From NCBI GenBank assembly GCA_965228475.1, contig OZ245817.1, forward strand, positions 2,848,001 through 2,912,000: a stretch of DNA of 64,000 nucleotides, read 5' to 3'. This stretch comes from Myxococcota bacterium (GTDB lineage Bacteria > Myxococcota_A > UBA9160 > JAFDDA01). The first letter of the stretch is position 1. Every line of letters starts with the position of its first letter. Of this stretch, positions 1-9,230 are shown piece after piece. Under the pieces are notes generated by a model. The model worked only from the letters and a program-made list of their open reading frames with translations, was not told the DNA's origin and did not search any database. The translations under genes were made by a program, and so were the position numbers.

Positions 1-1934
1 ACCAGCCCGTGGCCGTCCTGGTGCTGCAGCCCCTCGCCGGCCAACGTCGTGCGGCCGGCGGTGCCTCCCATCAGGAAACCCCGCGCCTGGCTGTCGGCGG
101 CCGCCCAGGCGAGGTCGCCGATGCGCTGGAAGCCGAACATCGAGTAGTAGATGTAGAAGGGGATCATCGCGACGCCGTGGTTGGCGTAGGAAGTCCCGGC
201 CGCGATCCAGGAGGAGATCGCACCGGCCTCGGTGATGCCTTCTTGAAGGATCTGGCCCGCGGAGTCCTCCTTGTACCACATGACCTGATCGGCATCGACG
301 GGATCGTAGAGCTGACCCTGGGCCGAGTAGATGCCGAGCGTTCGGAAGAGCCCCTCCATACCGAAGGTCCGCGCTTCGTCGGCGACGATCGGCACGATGC
401 GCTTCTTCAGGTTCTCGTCGCGGGTGAGCGCCGTCAGCATGCGGACGAAGCTCATGGTCGTCGAGATCTCGCGGTCGCCGGTTCCTTCGAGCTGGTTGGC
501 GAAGACCTCGGGGCCGGGAACCTCGAGGGCCTCCGCTTCGTGCCGACGGGCCGGCAGGTAGCCGCCCAGCGCCTCGCGGCGCTCCCGCAGGTACTGCATC
601 TCCGCCGAGTCCGGGTCGGGCTTGTAGAACGGCGGGTTGTCGAGCTCGTCGTCGGAGATCGGGATCCGGTAGCGGTCCCGGAACGCGGTGAGGGCTTCGC
701 GCCCGGGCTTCTTCAACGAGTGGGCGATGTTCACGCTCTCGCCCGCCTTGCCGAGCCCGTAGCCCTTCACCGTCTTCGCGAGAATGACCGTCGGCTGGTC
801 GGTGTGCTGCATCGCCTGGGCGTAGGCGGCGTAGACCTTCGCCGGGTCGTGGCCTCCGCGCTGGAGGGCCCAGATCTCGTCGTCGGTCATGTCCTCGACC
901 ATGGCCGCGGTCTCGGGGTACTTCCCGAAGAAGTGCTCCCGCACGTACGCGCCGCCCTTGGCCTTGTAGTTCTGGTAGTCCCCGTCGACGGCCTCTTCCA
1001 TCCGGCGAAGGAGCATGCCCTTCTTGTCCTTGGCGAGCAGGCGGTCCCAGCCTTCGCCCCAGATCACCTTGATGACGTTCCAGCCCGCCCCGCGGAAGAC
1101 GCCCTCGAGCTCCTGGATGATCTTCGCGTTGCCCCGCACCGGGCCATCGAGGCGCTGGAGGTTGCAGTTCACGACGAAGATCAGGTTGTCGAGCTCTTCG
1201 CGCGCGGCGAGGGAGATCGAGCCCAGGGATTCGGGCTCGTCCATCTCACCATCGCCGAGGAAGGCCCAGACCTTGCGCTCGGTCGCGTCGATCAGCCCGC
1301 GCTGATGGAGGTGCTTCATGAAGCGGGCCTGGTAGATCGCCATCAGCGAGCCGAGCCCCATCGAGACGGTCGGGAAACTCCAGAAGTCCCGCATCAGCCA
1401 GGGATGCGGGTAGGAGGAAAGCCCGTCGCCATCCACTTCCTGGCGGAACTTCAAGAGCTGCTCTTCGCTCAGGCGGCCCTCGAGGAAGGCGCGGGCGTAG
1501 ATGCCCGGTGCCGCGTGTCCCTGGAAGTAGATGAGATCGCCGCCGTGGTCCGCGGTCGGCGCGTGGAAGAAGTGGTTGAAGGCGACCTCGAGCATCGTCG
1601 CGCAGGAGGCGTAGCTCGAGATGTGGCCGCCGAGCTCGCTGCTCAGCGTGTTCGCCCGGTGCACCATCGCGATCGCGTTCCAGCGGTTGATGCTGCGGAT
1701 GCGGTGTTCGAGCCCGGGCTCGCCCGGGGACTGCTCTTCATCGCTCTTGCGGATCGTGTTCAGGTAGGCGGTGGTCGCCTTGTAGGGAAGGTGCGCGCCC
1801 GAGCGGCGCATCTCGGCGACGAGCCGCTCGATCAGGAAGTGGGCGCGCTCGATGCCCTCCTTCTCGAGCACCGAATGCAGCGAGTCGACCCAATCGCGGG
1901 TCTCTTCGGGGTCGACGTCGTGTTCTTCCGCCAA
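1..1934 (-). CDS. aceE: Pyruvate dehydrogenase E1 component, homodimeric type (5' part; runs off the window start)
   Basis: Absent from the ORF track because there is no stop in the window. The minus strand reads TTG-AEEHDVDPEETRDWVDSLHSVLEKEGIERAHFLIERL..., later GGHISSYAS, FPTVSMGLG and the TPP motif GDGEMDEPES. GAGG RBS at 1942-1945. Confidence 0.95.
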   Translation of the reverse strand, partial: MAEEHDVDPEETRDWVDSLHSVLEKEGIERAHFLIERLVAEMRRSGAHLPYKATTAYLNTIRKSDEEQSPGEPGLEHRIRSINRWNAIAMVHRANTLSSELGGHISSYASCATMLEVAFNHFFHAPTADHGGDLIYFQGHAAPGIYARAFLEGRLSEEQLLKFRQEVDGDGLSSYPHPWLMRDFWSFPTVSMGLGSLMAIYQARFMKHLHQRGLIDATERKVWAFLGDGEMDEPESLGSISLAAREELDNLIFVVNCNLQRLDGPVRGNAKIIQELEGVFRGAGWNVIKVIWGEGWDRLLAKDKKGMLLRRMEEAVDGDYQNYKAKGGAYVREHFFGKYPETAAMVEDMTDDEIWALQRGGHDPAKVYAAYAQAMQHTDQPTVILAKTVKGYGLGKAGESVNIAHSLKKPGREALTAFRDRYRIPISDDELDNPPFYKPDPDSAEMQYLRERREALGGYLPARRHEAEALEVPGPEVFANQLEGTGDREISTTMSFVRMLTALTRDENLKKRIVPIVADEARTFGMEGLFRTLGIYSAQGQLYDPVDADQVMWYKEDSAGQILQEGITEAGAISSWIAAGTSYANHGVAMIPFYIYYSMFGFQRIGDLAWAAADSQARGFLMGGTAGRTTLAGEGLQHQDGHGL

Positions 1935-2092
1935 TCTGGAACCTCGGTTCTTTCCCGAGCGCTCAGTCTAACGACCCGCCTCCGCCGATGCCGCCGCCGG
2001 CGCAAACGGCTCGGCCTTTTGGACTACAGTAGCGGCGCTCGGGCCGGCCTCGCGCTCCGCCGGCTCGACCCTTGGGAGATCGACGAACGAGC

Positions 2093-3319
2093 ATGAGCCC
2101 GCGCAGCCCCCTGGTCCACGGCCACGTCGCGCCCGGCTTCGAAGGCGTCCGGCGCGCCTTCGAGCACAACTTCTCCGCGCGTCGCGAGCTCGGAGCGGCC
2201 GTCGCCGTCCACCATCGGGGGCAGCTCGTGGTCGACCTCTGGGGTGGCCACCTCGACAAATCGCGCAAGACACCGTGGGAACGCGACACGGTCACGACCG
2301 TCTTCTCGACCACCAAAGGCGTGAGCGCCCTGGCGATGGCCCTGGCCCACTCCCGGGGCTACTTCGAATGGGACGACCCGGTCGCGCGCCACTGGCCGGA
2401 GTTCGCTCAGGCGGGCAAGGCCGAGATCACGCTCCGGCAGCTCCTGGCCCACCAGGCGGGCCTCAGCGCCGTCGACACCCCCCTCGATCCGGCGTTGCTC
2501 GGCGACCCGGACCGCCTCGCCGAGGTCCTCGCCGCCCAGAGACCTTCCTGGGAACCCGGCACGCGGCACGGCTACCACGCCATCACCCTGGGCTTCTACC
2601 AGAGCGAGCTGATCCGACGGACGGACCCGGCGGGCCGCTCGCTCAGTCGTTTCTTCCGCGAGGAGATCGCCGAGCCGCTGGAGGTGGACTTCCAGATCGG
2701 CCTGCCCTCGGACTTCTCCCTCGAGCGCCTGGCGCCGATCCATCCGGTTCCGCCCGCAACCGTCCCGTTTCGGCTGCGCGGCCCGAACAAGATGCCCGCG
2801 CGCATGATCCTGCAGATCCTCAACCCGAGGTCGCATACCGGGCGCGCCGTCGGCAATCCACGCATGCGGTCGCCCGCAGACCTGAACCGTCGGGCCGACC
2901 TGCGCAGCGTCGAGATCCCCTCCGGCAACGGCATCGGCAACGCGCGCAGCCTGGCCCGCCTCTACGGAGCCTTCGCCACGGGCGGCGAGGCGCTCGGCCT
3001 CCGCAAGGAAACGCTCGACTCGCTCACGGAGGAGCCGACGCCGCCCCGGGACGGTGTCCGTGATCTGGTCCTCCACACGGACACGCTCTACGCCCATGGC
3101 TTCACGCGCCCGCGCCCGACCTTCGACTACGCCTCGAGCCCGCGCGCCTTCGGCACGCCGGGCGCCGGTGGCTCCTTTGCCTTCGCGGACCCGGACGCGC
3201 GGCTCGGCTACGCCTACGTGATGAACCGCATGGGCGTCCACCTCGTCGACGATCCGCGGGAGAAGGCCCTGCGCGACGCCACCTACCGCGCGATCGCGAA
3301 GGTCGGCCCGGGCCACTAG
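2093..3319 (+). CDS. Serine hydrolase, beta-lactamase class C-like esterase
   Basis: HGHVAPGFEGV N-terminus, FSTTK (SxxK), LLAHQAG, HGYHA, GGSFAFADP. Confidence 0.9.
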   Translation: MSPRSPLVHGHVAPGFEGVRRAFEHNFSARRELGAAVAVHHRGQLVVDLWGGHLDKSRKTPWERDTVTTVFSTTKGVSALAMALAHSRGYFEWDDPVARHWPEFAQAGKAEITLRQLLAHQAGLSAVDTPLDPALLGDPDRLAEVLAAQRPSWEPGTRHGYHAITLGFYQSELIRRTDPAGRSLSRFFREEIAEPLEVDFQIGLPSDFSLERLAPIHPVPPATVPFRLRGPNKMPARMILQILNPRSHTGRAVGNPRMRSPADLNRRADLRSVEIPSGNGIGNARSLARLYGAFATGGEALGLRKETLDSLTEEPTPPRDGVRDLVLHTDTLYAHGFTRPRPTFDYASSPRAFGTPGAGGSFAFADPDARLGYAYVMNRMGVHLVDDPREKALRDATYRAIAKVGPGH

Positions 3320-3326
3320 CCCGTCG

Positions 3327-4694
3327 CTATTCCAAGTAGCCGAGGGCCCGCAAGGCGTCCCGCTCGGCTTCACTCAGCGTGTTCACGCGAGCGGCCTCGC
3401 GACGCTGCGCGTCGGCGCGGCCGATCTGCTGCGCCAAGAGCTCCTCGAGCCCCTCGTCTGGCGGAACCACCTCTCGGTAGCCGGGCATCCCACCCTCGGG
3501 AACCAGCTCAGCCACTCGCTGCGGCAGTGGGGTCAGTTCGCCGCCCGTCATTGGATCCCGGATCGGCTCGTCGAACCCGTCGCGGTCTCGAGCAAAATAG
3601 CTGCCCCCGAGAACGATGGCGCCACGCTCCCGATGCTCGGCGAAGACCGCGCGATCGCCAGGCGGAGCCTCCTGCAGCGGATGTCCCAGGAAGCTCTCGG
3701 GGACCTCGAGGCCCGCGGCCACCAACAGTGTCGGAGCCACATCGACCACGCTCGCTGGACCGACGACCCTTCGCTCCTTTCCCGGTTCCAACGGGCGCAG
3801 CAAGAGCGGCACTCGAATCTGGTCCAACCCGACCGAGTGCCCGTGAGCGAAGTAGTAGCCATCCTCTCCGAATGCCTCACCGTGGTCGGACGTAAGGAGG
3901 ACGAAAGGCGGCGTTCCAAGCGAGTCGACTCCGTCGATCAGTCGTCTGAAGTGCTCATCGAGGTAACGGATCTCGTCGACGTAGCGCCGGGCATACGCCT
4001 CGAAGCTACGCAGGCCCGGCAGAACCTGGTACCGCGGAATCCCTCCGCGCCCCGAGTGGTCGTCGAGCACCTTCAGGCGCTTCTCCTCGGGGACGTCTTC
4101 GCCGACTAGCCGGCTGGTGGGCGGTTCGTAGGGGCCGTGAGGATCTTGATAGTGCACCCACAGAAACCACGGCGGCTCGGCCCTCTTCACCCAGGCCAGG
4201 GCGGCCCGGGTCGTGTCGCCCGCGGAACGCTCTACGAGGTGTGGGCGACTCCGCTCGGGCATCGACATACGGTCGTCGTAGACGTCGAAACCCCGCTCGA
4301 GCCCTCGGCCCCGCGCAACGACCGGGTTCGAAACGAATGCTGCCGTGCTGTAGCCCGACGCACGCAAGCGCTCCGTCACCGTCACCACGTCTTCGCGGAG
4401 GCGGCTGACTGCCGCCTCGGTCAGGCCGTGCCCGGAGGGATAGCGGGACGTCAGCACCGACCCGAGGGAGGGTGCCGTCGACGGCGCCGTCGAGAACGCC
4501 CAGACGAACTGGGCGCCCGAGTCAGCAAGCGCGCAGATCGAAACACCTGCGCCCGGCTCTCCGCCATAGCAGGCCAGACCGTCCGCACGCAGCGTATCGA
4601 CGGTCACAAGCAGAAGATTGGGCGGAGGCCCCGGCTCCGCGCAGGCGGCAGCGAGCAACAGCGGCAGCACCAGAAGGGCTTTCCCCAGCTTCAT
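3327..4694 (-). CDS. Sulfatase-like alkaline phosphatase superfamily protein, probable lipoprotein
   Basis: PNLLLVTVDTLRAD, HYQDPHGPY, TSDHGE, HGH, C-terminal LRALGY; signal peptide ending LAAAC; start chosen at MKLGK. Confidence 0.85.
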   Translation of the reverse strand: MKLGKALLVLPLLLAAACAEPGPPPNLLLVTVDTLRADGLACYGGEPGAGVSICALADSGAQFVWAFSTAPSTAPSLGSVLTSRYPSGHGLTEAAVSRLREDVVTVTERLRASGYSTAAFVSNPVVARGRGLERGFDVYDDRMSMPERSRPHLVERSAGDTTRAALAWVKRAEPPWFLWVHYQDPHGPYEPPTSRLVGEDVPEEKRLKVLDDHSGRGGIPRYQVLPGLRSFEAYARRYVDEIRYLDEHFRRLIDGVDSLGTPPFVLLTSDHGEAFGEDGYYFAHGHSVGLDQIRVPLLLRPLEPGKERRVVGPASVVDVAPTLLVAAGLEVPESFLGHPLQEAPPGDRAVFAEHRERGAIVLGGSYFARDRDGFDEPIRDPMTGGELTPLPQRVAELVPEGGMPGYREVVPPDEGLEELLAQQIGRADAQRREAARVNTLSEAERDALRALGYLE

Positions 4695-4792
4695 CGCCGA
4701 GAGCTTATCGCGAATGCAACAGGCGGCTGGTCCCCGGTTCATGACATCCTACAATCCGGCGAGCGCCAGCCCCGGGATGGAGGAGACCACGC

Positions 4793-6166
4793 TTGCAGCC
4801 CTTGGAGCAGGGACCTGCACCGGAAACTGAAGAAGAGCGCATTCCGACCCGCGAGATCCTCGTCTACAGCGCCCCCGTCCTCGGCGTTTTCTTTGCAAAT
4901 ACGCTGATCTCCTTCTACTTCCTGAAGTACACCACGGACGTCCTGCTGATCGCTCCGGCGATCGCGGGGACGATCCTCCTGGCCGGCCGGGTGTGGGACG
5001 CGGTGACGGACCCGCTGATCGGCCATTGGTCGGATCGCACGCGCTCGCGGCTCGGCCGGAGGCGGCCGTGGTTCCTGGCCTCGGCGATCCCCCTGGGCTT
5101 GGCGGTCGTCGCCCTGTGGAGTCCGCCCGCAGCCCTCGAGGGGCGCGCGCTCACCCTCTGGCTGCTCTTCACGTTCCTGATCTATCTGACCTTCTACACG
5201 ACGTTCCGCGTCCCCCACATGGCCCTCGGCGCCGAGCTCACGCGCGGCTACCACGACCGGACGCGCGTGTTCGGCGTGATGCAGGTGGTCGAGAACGTCG
5301 GCATCCTGCTGGCCGCCGGCGGGCTCGCCTTCCTCGAGAACGCCGACGCCCCGCGCGAGGCCGCCGCACAGCTCTCGCGCGGCATCGCCGTCCTCATCAT
5401 CGCGCTCATCCTGTGGACGACCTGGCGCGTCCGGGAGCGCAGCGAGTTCCAGGGGCGCGGGCGCGCCGGCTCCTACCGCGCGTTCCGCGAGGTCCTCGCC
5501 AACCCGCACGCGCGCCTGCTCGTCGGGATCTTCTTCCTCGAGCAGCTCGGCTTCTCGACGCTGCTGATCCTCTTCCCGTACCTCTCGGACTACCTCGTCG
5601 GAACGCCGGGGCAGACGTTCATCTACCTGATGGCCGCGATCGTCTCGATGGCCGCGAGCATCCCCTTCTGGATTCCGGTCTCCCGCCGGTTCGGGAAGCA
5701 GCGGGTGTGGATCGTCACCCTGGGCATCAAGATCGCCGTCTTCGGCGGCCTGTTCCTCGTGGGTGAGGGCGACTCGATCCTCCTCGCCTCGGGCGCCATC
5801 GCCTTCGGGGTCCTCTCGGGCGCCGGCAACGTCGTCGGCCCCTCGCTCAAGGCGGACGTCATCGACTGGGACGAAGCGGAGAGCGGGGAGCGGAAGGAAG
5901 GCGCCTACTTCGCCGCCTGGAACTTCGTCCAGAAGGCCGCCGGGGGCTTCGCGGGCTGGATGGTCGGCATCACGCTGAGCGCCACGGGCTTCGTGCCGAA
6001 CGAAGCCCAGTCCGAGGCCGCGCTGCTCGGGATCAAGCTTCTGGCTTCGCCGTGGCCGCTGCTCCTCCACGTCTTCGCCCTGGCCCTGGTCTGGCGGTTC
6101 GCGCTCGACGAGCGAGCACACCGGGATGCCCGGGACCGCGCGCGAAGGGAACAGGCGGGCCGCTGA
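4793..6166 (+). CDS. MFS transporter, glycoside-pentoside-hexuronide (MelB-like) family
   Basis: About 12 hydrophobic segments; WDAVTDPLIGHWSDRTRSRLGRRRPW; ADVIDWDE..GERKEGAYFA. Confidence 0.9.
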   Translation: MQPLEQGPAPETEEERIPTREILVYSAPVLGVFFANTLISFYFLKYTTDVLLIAPAIAGTILLAGRVWDAVTDPLIGHWSDRTRSRLGRRRPWFLASAIPLGLAVVALWSPPAALEGRALTLWLLFTFLIYLTFYTTFRVPHMALGAELTRGYHDRTRVFGVMQVVENVGILLAAGGLAFLENADAPREAAAQLSRGIAVLIIALILWTTWRVRERSEFQGRGRAGSYRAFREVLANPHARLLVGIFFLEQLGFSTLLILFPYLSDYLVGTPGQTFIYLMAAIVSMAASIPFWIPVSRRFGKQRVWIVTLGIKIAVFGGLFLVGEGDSILLASGAIAFGVLSGAGNVVGPSLKADVIDWDEAESGERKEGAYFAAWNFVQKAAGGFAGWMVGITLSATGFVPNEAQSEAALLGIKLLASPWPLLLHVFALALVWRFALDERAHRDARDRARREQAGR

Positions 6167-6244
6167 ACCTCCCTGCGCGCCGAGACTTCCACCGATCATC
6201 TTCCGCCCGGGGTATCCTCCCCTCTCCAACCCGAAGGAGGCCCC

Positions 6245-6718
6245 ATGGCCAGCATGCACGACTTCTCGATGGAATCGATCACGGGCGACACGGTCGCGCT
6301 CTCCGAATACGAAGGCGACGTCTGTCTGGTCGTGAACCTCGCCAGCCGCTGAGGCCTCACCGGCCAGTACGCAGGTCTGCGTACCCTTCACGAAGACAAC
6401 GACGGCTTCCAGGTGCTCGGCTTTCCGTGCAACCAGTTCGGCGCCCAGGAGCCCGGGACGAACGCGGAGATCCTCGCGTTCGCCCAGAACGAGTACGGCG
6501 CGAACTTCCCGATGTTCGCCAAGACCGAGGTCAACGGCGACGGCGCCTGCGAGCTCTATCGCTTCCTCAAGGCCGAAGCCCCCGACGAGGAGGGCAACCC
6601 GGACATCCCCTGGAACTTCACGAAGTTCCTGGTGGGCCGGGACGGTCGGGTGCTGAAGCGCTATGCGCCGCAGGTCACGCCCGAGCAGATCGCGGAAGAG
6701 CTCCCGTCCCACCTCTAG
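6245..6718 (+). CDS. gpx: Glutathione peroxidase family protein with in-frame UGA (selenocysteine) at codon 36
   Basis: AAGGAGG RBS then ATG at 6245; reads MASMHDFSMESITGDTVALSEYEGDVCLVVNLASR-TGA-GLTGQYAGLRTLHE..GFPCNQFGAQEPG..IPWNFTKFLV; TGA 6350-6352 lies at the catalytic Cys/Sec position. Confidence 0.93.
6367..6384 (+). promoter_or_regulatory. Putative bacterial SECIS hairpin
   Basis: GTACGCAG-GT-CTGCGTAC, a perfect 8-bp inverted repeat starting 14 nt after the TGA, with a G-led apical loop. Confidence 0.8.
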
Positions 6719-6741
6719 AACGATCTCCGCGAAAGGACCGA

Positions 6742-7875
6742 ATGGAACTCCACGGCTTCTGCGAACCCGGCTTCGAGCCCGTGCGCGACGCCTTCGTTGC
6801 GAACTTCGAGCGCGGCGCCGAGGTCGGCGCGTGCTGTGCCGTCACCCGCAACGGCGAGCCGGTCGTCGACCTCTGGGCGGGCGACGCCATCCAGGGCCAG
6901 GCGCCCTGGCGGGAGGACACGATCGTCAACGTCTACTCGACGACGAAGACGATGGCGGCGATCACGATGCTGGTCCTCGCCGACCGGGGTCTCCTCGACT
7001 TCGAGGCGCCGGTGGCGCGCTACTGGCCCGAGTTCGCCGCCCAGGGCAAGGAGACCGTGAAGGTCAAGCACGTCATGAGCCATTCGACCGGGCTTTCGGG
7101 CTTCGAGCCCGCGCTCGGTTCGATCGACGAACTCTACGATCGGAAGGCCATCGCCGAGCGGCTCGCGGCCATGACGCCCTGGTGGGACCCCGGGGAGGGC
7201 TCCGGCTATCACGCGGTCACCCAGGGACAGCTGCAGGGCGAGATCGTGGAGCGCATCACGGGCAAGACCCTCGGCACCTGGTTCCGGGAGGAGATCGCGG
7301 AGCCGCTCGGCGCCGATTTTCACATCGGCCTCGACCCCGCACACGACGCGCGCGTCGGCGAGCTCGTACCGCCCGAATCGGGGCTCGCGACCCCTCCCGG
7401 CGGCCGCGAGTCCATCGCGGCACGCACCATGCGGAGCTGCCCGATCACCGGTCTCGAACCGCGCACCGAAGCGTGGCGCCGGGCCGAGATCCCGGCGGCG
7501 GGCGGCATCGGCAACGCTCGTGCCGTGGCGCGGATCCACTCGATGATGGCCTGCGGCGGCGAGGTCGACGGCGTGCGGATCCTCTCCGAAGCCGGTGCGC
7601 TGCGAGCCCTCGAGGAGCAGACGAACGGCCCGGATCAGGTGCTGATCCTTCCGATCCGTTTCGGATTGGGCTTCGGTCTGGTCAGCGAGACCTTCCCTCT
7701 CTCCCCGAACCCTCGCTCATGCTTCTGGGGCGGGTGGGGCGGCTCGCTCGCGATGATCGATTTCGACGCGCGCATCTCGGCGTCGTACGCGATGAACAAG
7801 ATGGAGGGGAATCTCGCCGGCGACGCCCGGGGCGGCAGCATCCTGCTTTCGGTCTACAAAGCGCTCGGAAGCTGA
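6742..7875 (+). CDS. Serine hydrolase, beta-lactamase class C-like esterase
   Basis: MELHGFCEPGFEPVRDAF, YSTTK, SGYHA, WGGWGGS; AAGGA RBS. Confidence 0.9.
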   Translation: MELHGFCEPGFEPVRDAFVANFERGAEVGACCAVTRNGEPVVDLWAGDAIQGQAPWREDTIVNVYSTTKTMAAITMLVLADRGLLDFEAPVARYWPEFAAQGKETVKVKHVMSHSTGLSGFEPALGSIDELYDRKAIAERLAAMTPWWDPGEGSGYHAVTQGQLQGEIVERITGKTLGTWFREEIAEPLGADFHIGLDPAHDARVGELVPPESGLATPPGGRESIAARTMRSCPITGLEPRTEAWRRAEIPAAGGIGNARAVARIHSMMACGGEVDGVRILSEAGALRALEEQTNGPDQVLILPIRFGLGFGLVSETFPLSPNPRSCFWGGWGGSLAMIDFDARISASYAMNKMEGNLAGDARGGSILLSVYKALGS

Positions 7876-7901
7876 GACCCCGCGAGGCACCGGCGCACGC
7901 G

Positions 7902-9230
7902 ATGTACCGACTCTACTCCTGGGAGCACAGCTACTTCTCCGGCAAGGCCCGCGCGTACCTGCGCTTCAAGGAACGCGCCGGCGCCCTCGCTCCGGGCTGG
8001 GAGGACGTGCTGGCCACCCCCGAGCTGATCACCGGGCGGCTCATCCCGCGCTCGGGTTCGAACGCCGTACCCCAGCTCGAGGCGCCCGACGGCACGTGGA
8101 TCCAGGACACGTCCGAGATCATCGACTTCGTCGAGGCGGCCCACCCGCAGACGCCCGTCGTCCCGGACCCCGCCCGGGCGCCGCGCCAGTGTCTCGCCGC
8201 CTACCTGATCGAACTGTTGGCCGACGAGTGGATGCTCGTGCCGGCGTTCTGGGAGCGCTGGTTCTTCAGCGAGGACGGCCGCAGCCCGAGCCACCGCGCC
8301 TTCAACGAACAGCAATGGGGTGCGGTCTTCGCGGCGGGTGCGCCGGGCGAGGCGCGCCGGGCCGCCGCCGCGGGGCTCTTCGAAGAGATGTTCGGCATCT
8401 CCCACAGCCGCGACGAACCGAAGGGCACCTACGCGGGGCTGGTCCATCTCGGCTGCGACGGAAAGACCGAGCGCGCCTGGCAGGCAAGCCAGCACCGGGT
8501 GCTCGGGCTGCTCGAGGCCCACTTCGCGCGCCACGACTACGCCTTCGGCGGCCGGCCGAGCCTCGCGGACTTCGCCCTCCTGGGCCCGCTCTACGCCCAC
8601 CTCTATCGCGACGCGGTCTCGGGCTTCGCGCTCCGCACGTTCTTCCCGATCACCACCGAATGGGTCGAACGCACGAACGGCGAAGGCGCGCTCAACGCCC
8701 GCCAGTGGGGCCAGCAGCTCTACTCCCTCGGTGACGACGGCGAGCTCGTCGGCCGGGCCGCGACGAGCGACGGGGGAGACTGGCTCGCCGACGACGTCGT
8801 CCCCGACACCTTGCATCCGCTGCTCGGAGTCTTCTTCGAAGAGATGTGGCCCGTTCTCGCGAGCAGCATGCGCGTGCTCGGAGACTTCATCGCGAGCGAC
8901 GCCCACGAGCCCGGCGGCCCGCTCCCCGGCGGAAGCTTCATGGCGACGCCCGGGTTCTGGGACGTCCAGACCGGCAACGGGCCGCTGACCCACGAGTTCG
9001 AGATCGGAGGCATCGCCTCCCGACGCATGGTGGCCCCCTACCAGGTCTGGATGCTCGGCCGGCTCGCCGAGGTCCTCGAGCGCTGCATCGGAACGGCCGA
9101 GGGCCGGCGCTCGATCGAGGGTCTCCTCTCGAGCCACCCGAGCGCGCTCGAGTTGCTCGAGCTCCCCGAGCGTCTCGCCCGGTGCCGGGTCGAGAAGGTC
9201 GGGGGACGGCTCCGGTCGGCCAGCGCCTAG
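7902..9230 (+). CDS. Large glutathione S-transferase family protein
   Basis: SYFSGKARAYLRFK, AVPQL..DGTWIQDTSEII, GGRPSLADFALLGPLYAHLYRD. Confidence 0.8.
   Translation: MYRLYSWEHSYFSGKARAYLRFKERAGALAPGWEDVLATPELITGRLIPRSGSNAVPQLEAPDGTWIQDTSEIIDFVEAAHPQTPVVPDPARAPRQCLAAYLIELLADEWMLVPAFWERWFFSEDGRSPSHRAFNEQQWGAVFAAGAPGEARRAAAAGLFEEMFGISHSRDEPKGTYAGLVHLGCDGKTERAWQASQHRVLGLLEAHFARHDYAFGGRPSLADFALLGPLYAHLYRDAVSGFALRTFFPITTEWVERTNGEGALNARQWGQQLYSLGDDGELVGRAATSDGGDWLADDVVPDTLHPLLGVFFEEMWPVLASSMRVLGDFIASDAHEPGGPLPGGSFMATPGFWDVQTGNGPLTHEFEIGGIASRRMVAPYQVWMLGRLAEVLERCIGTAEGRRSIEGLLSSHPSALELLELPERLARCRVEKVGGRLRSASA

Noticed and set aside
9..2096. 695-aa plus-strand ORF
   Set aside because: Antisense shadow of aceE; the minus strand carries the real motifs
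2093..3319. Antibiotic-resistance beta-lactamases (three SxxK proteins, one MBL-fold protein)
   Set aside because: No signal peptides; motifs and context fit family VIII esterases and an alkylsulfatase-like enzyme
6350..6352. Genome-wide UGA reassignment (code 4/25)
   Set aside because: Many genes here end at TGA with coupled downstream starts (e.g. 16389-16391, 19192-19194, 25423-25425)
6413..6718. 101-aa ORF as a complete gene, or GPx as a pseudogene
   Set aside because: The upstream frame, RBS, catalytic-site position of the TGA and downstream hairpin favour a full-length selenoprotein
6052..9230. Apparent long N-terminal extensions or fusions (ORFs from 6052 and 6663; also those spanning 15113, 17127, 24524, 41357, 60729)
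   Set aside because: The Arg/Pro-rich extensions are off-frame readings of neighbouring genes in GC-rich DNA; true starts lie downstream
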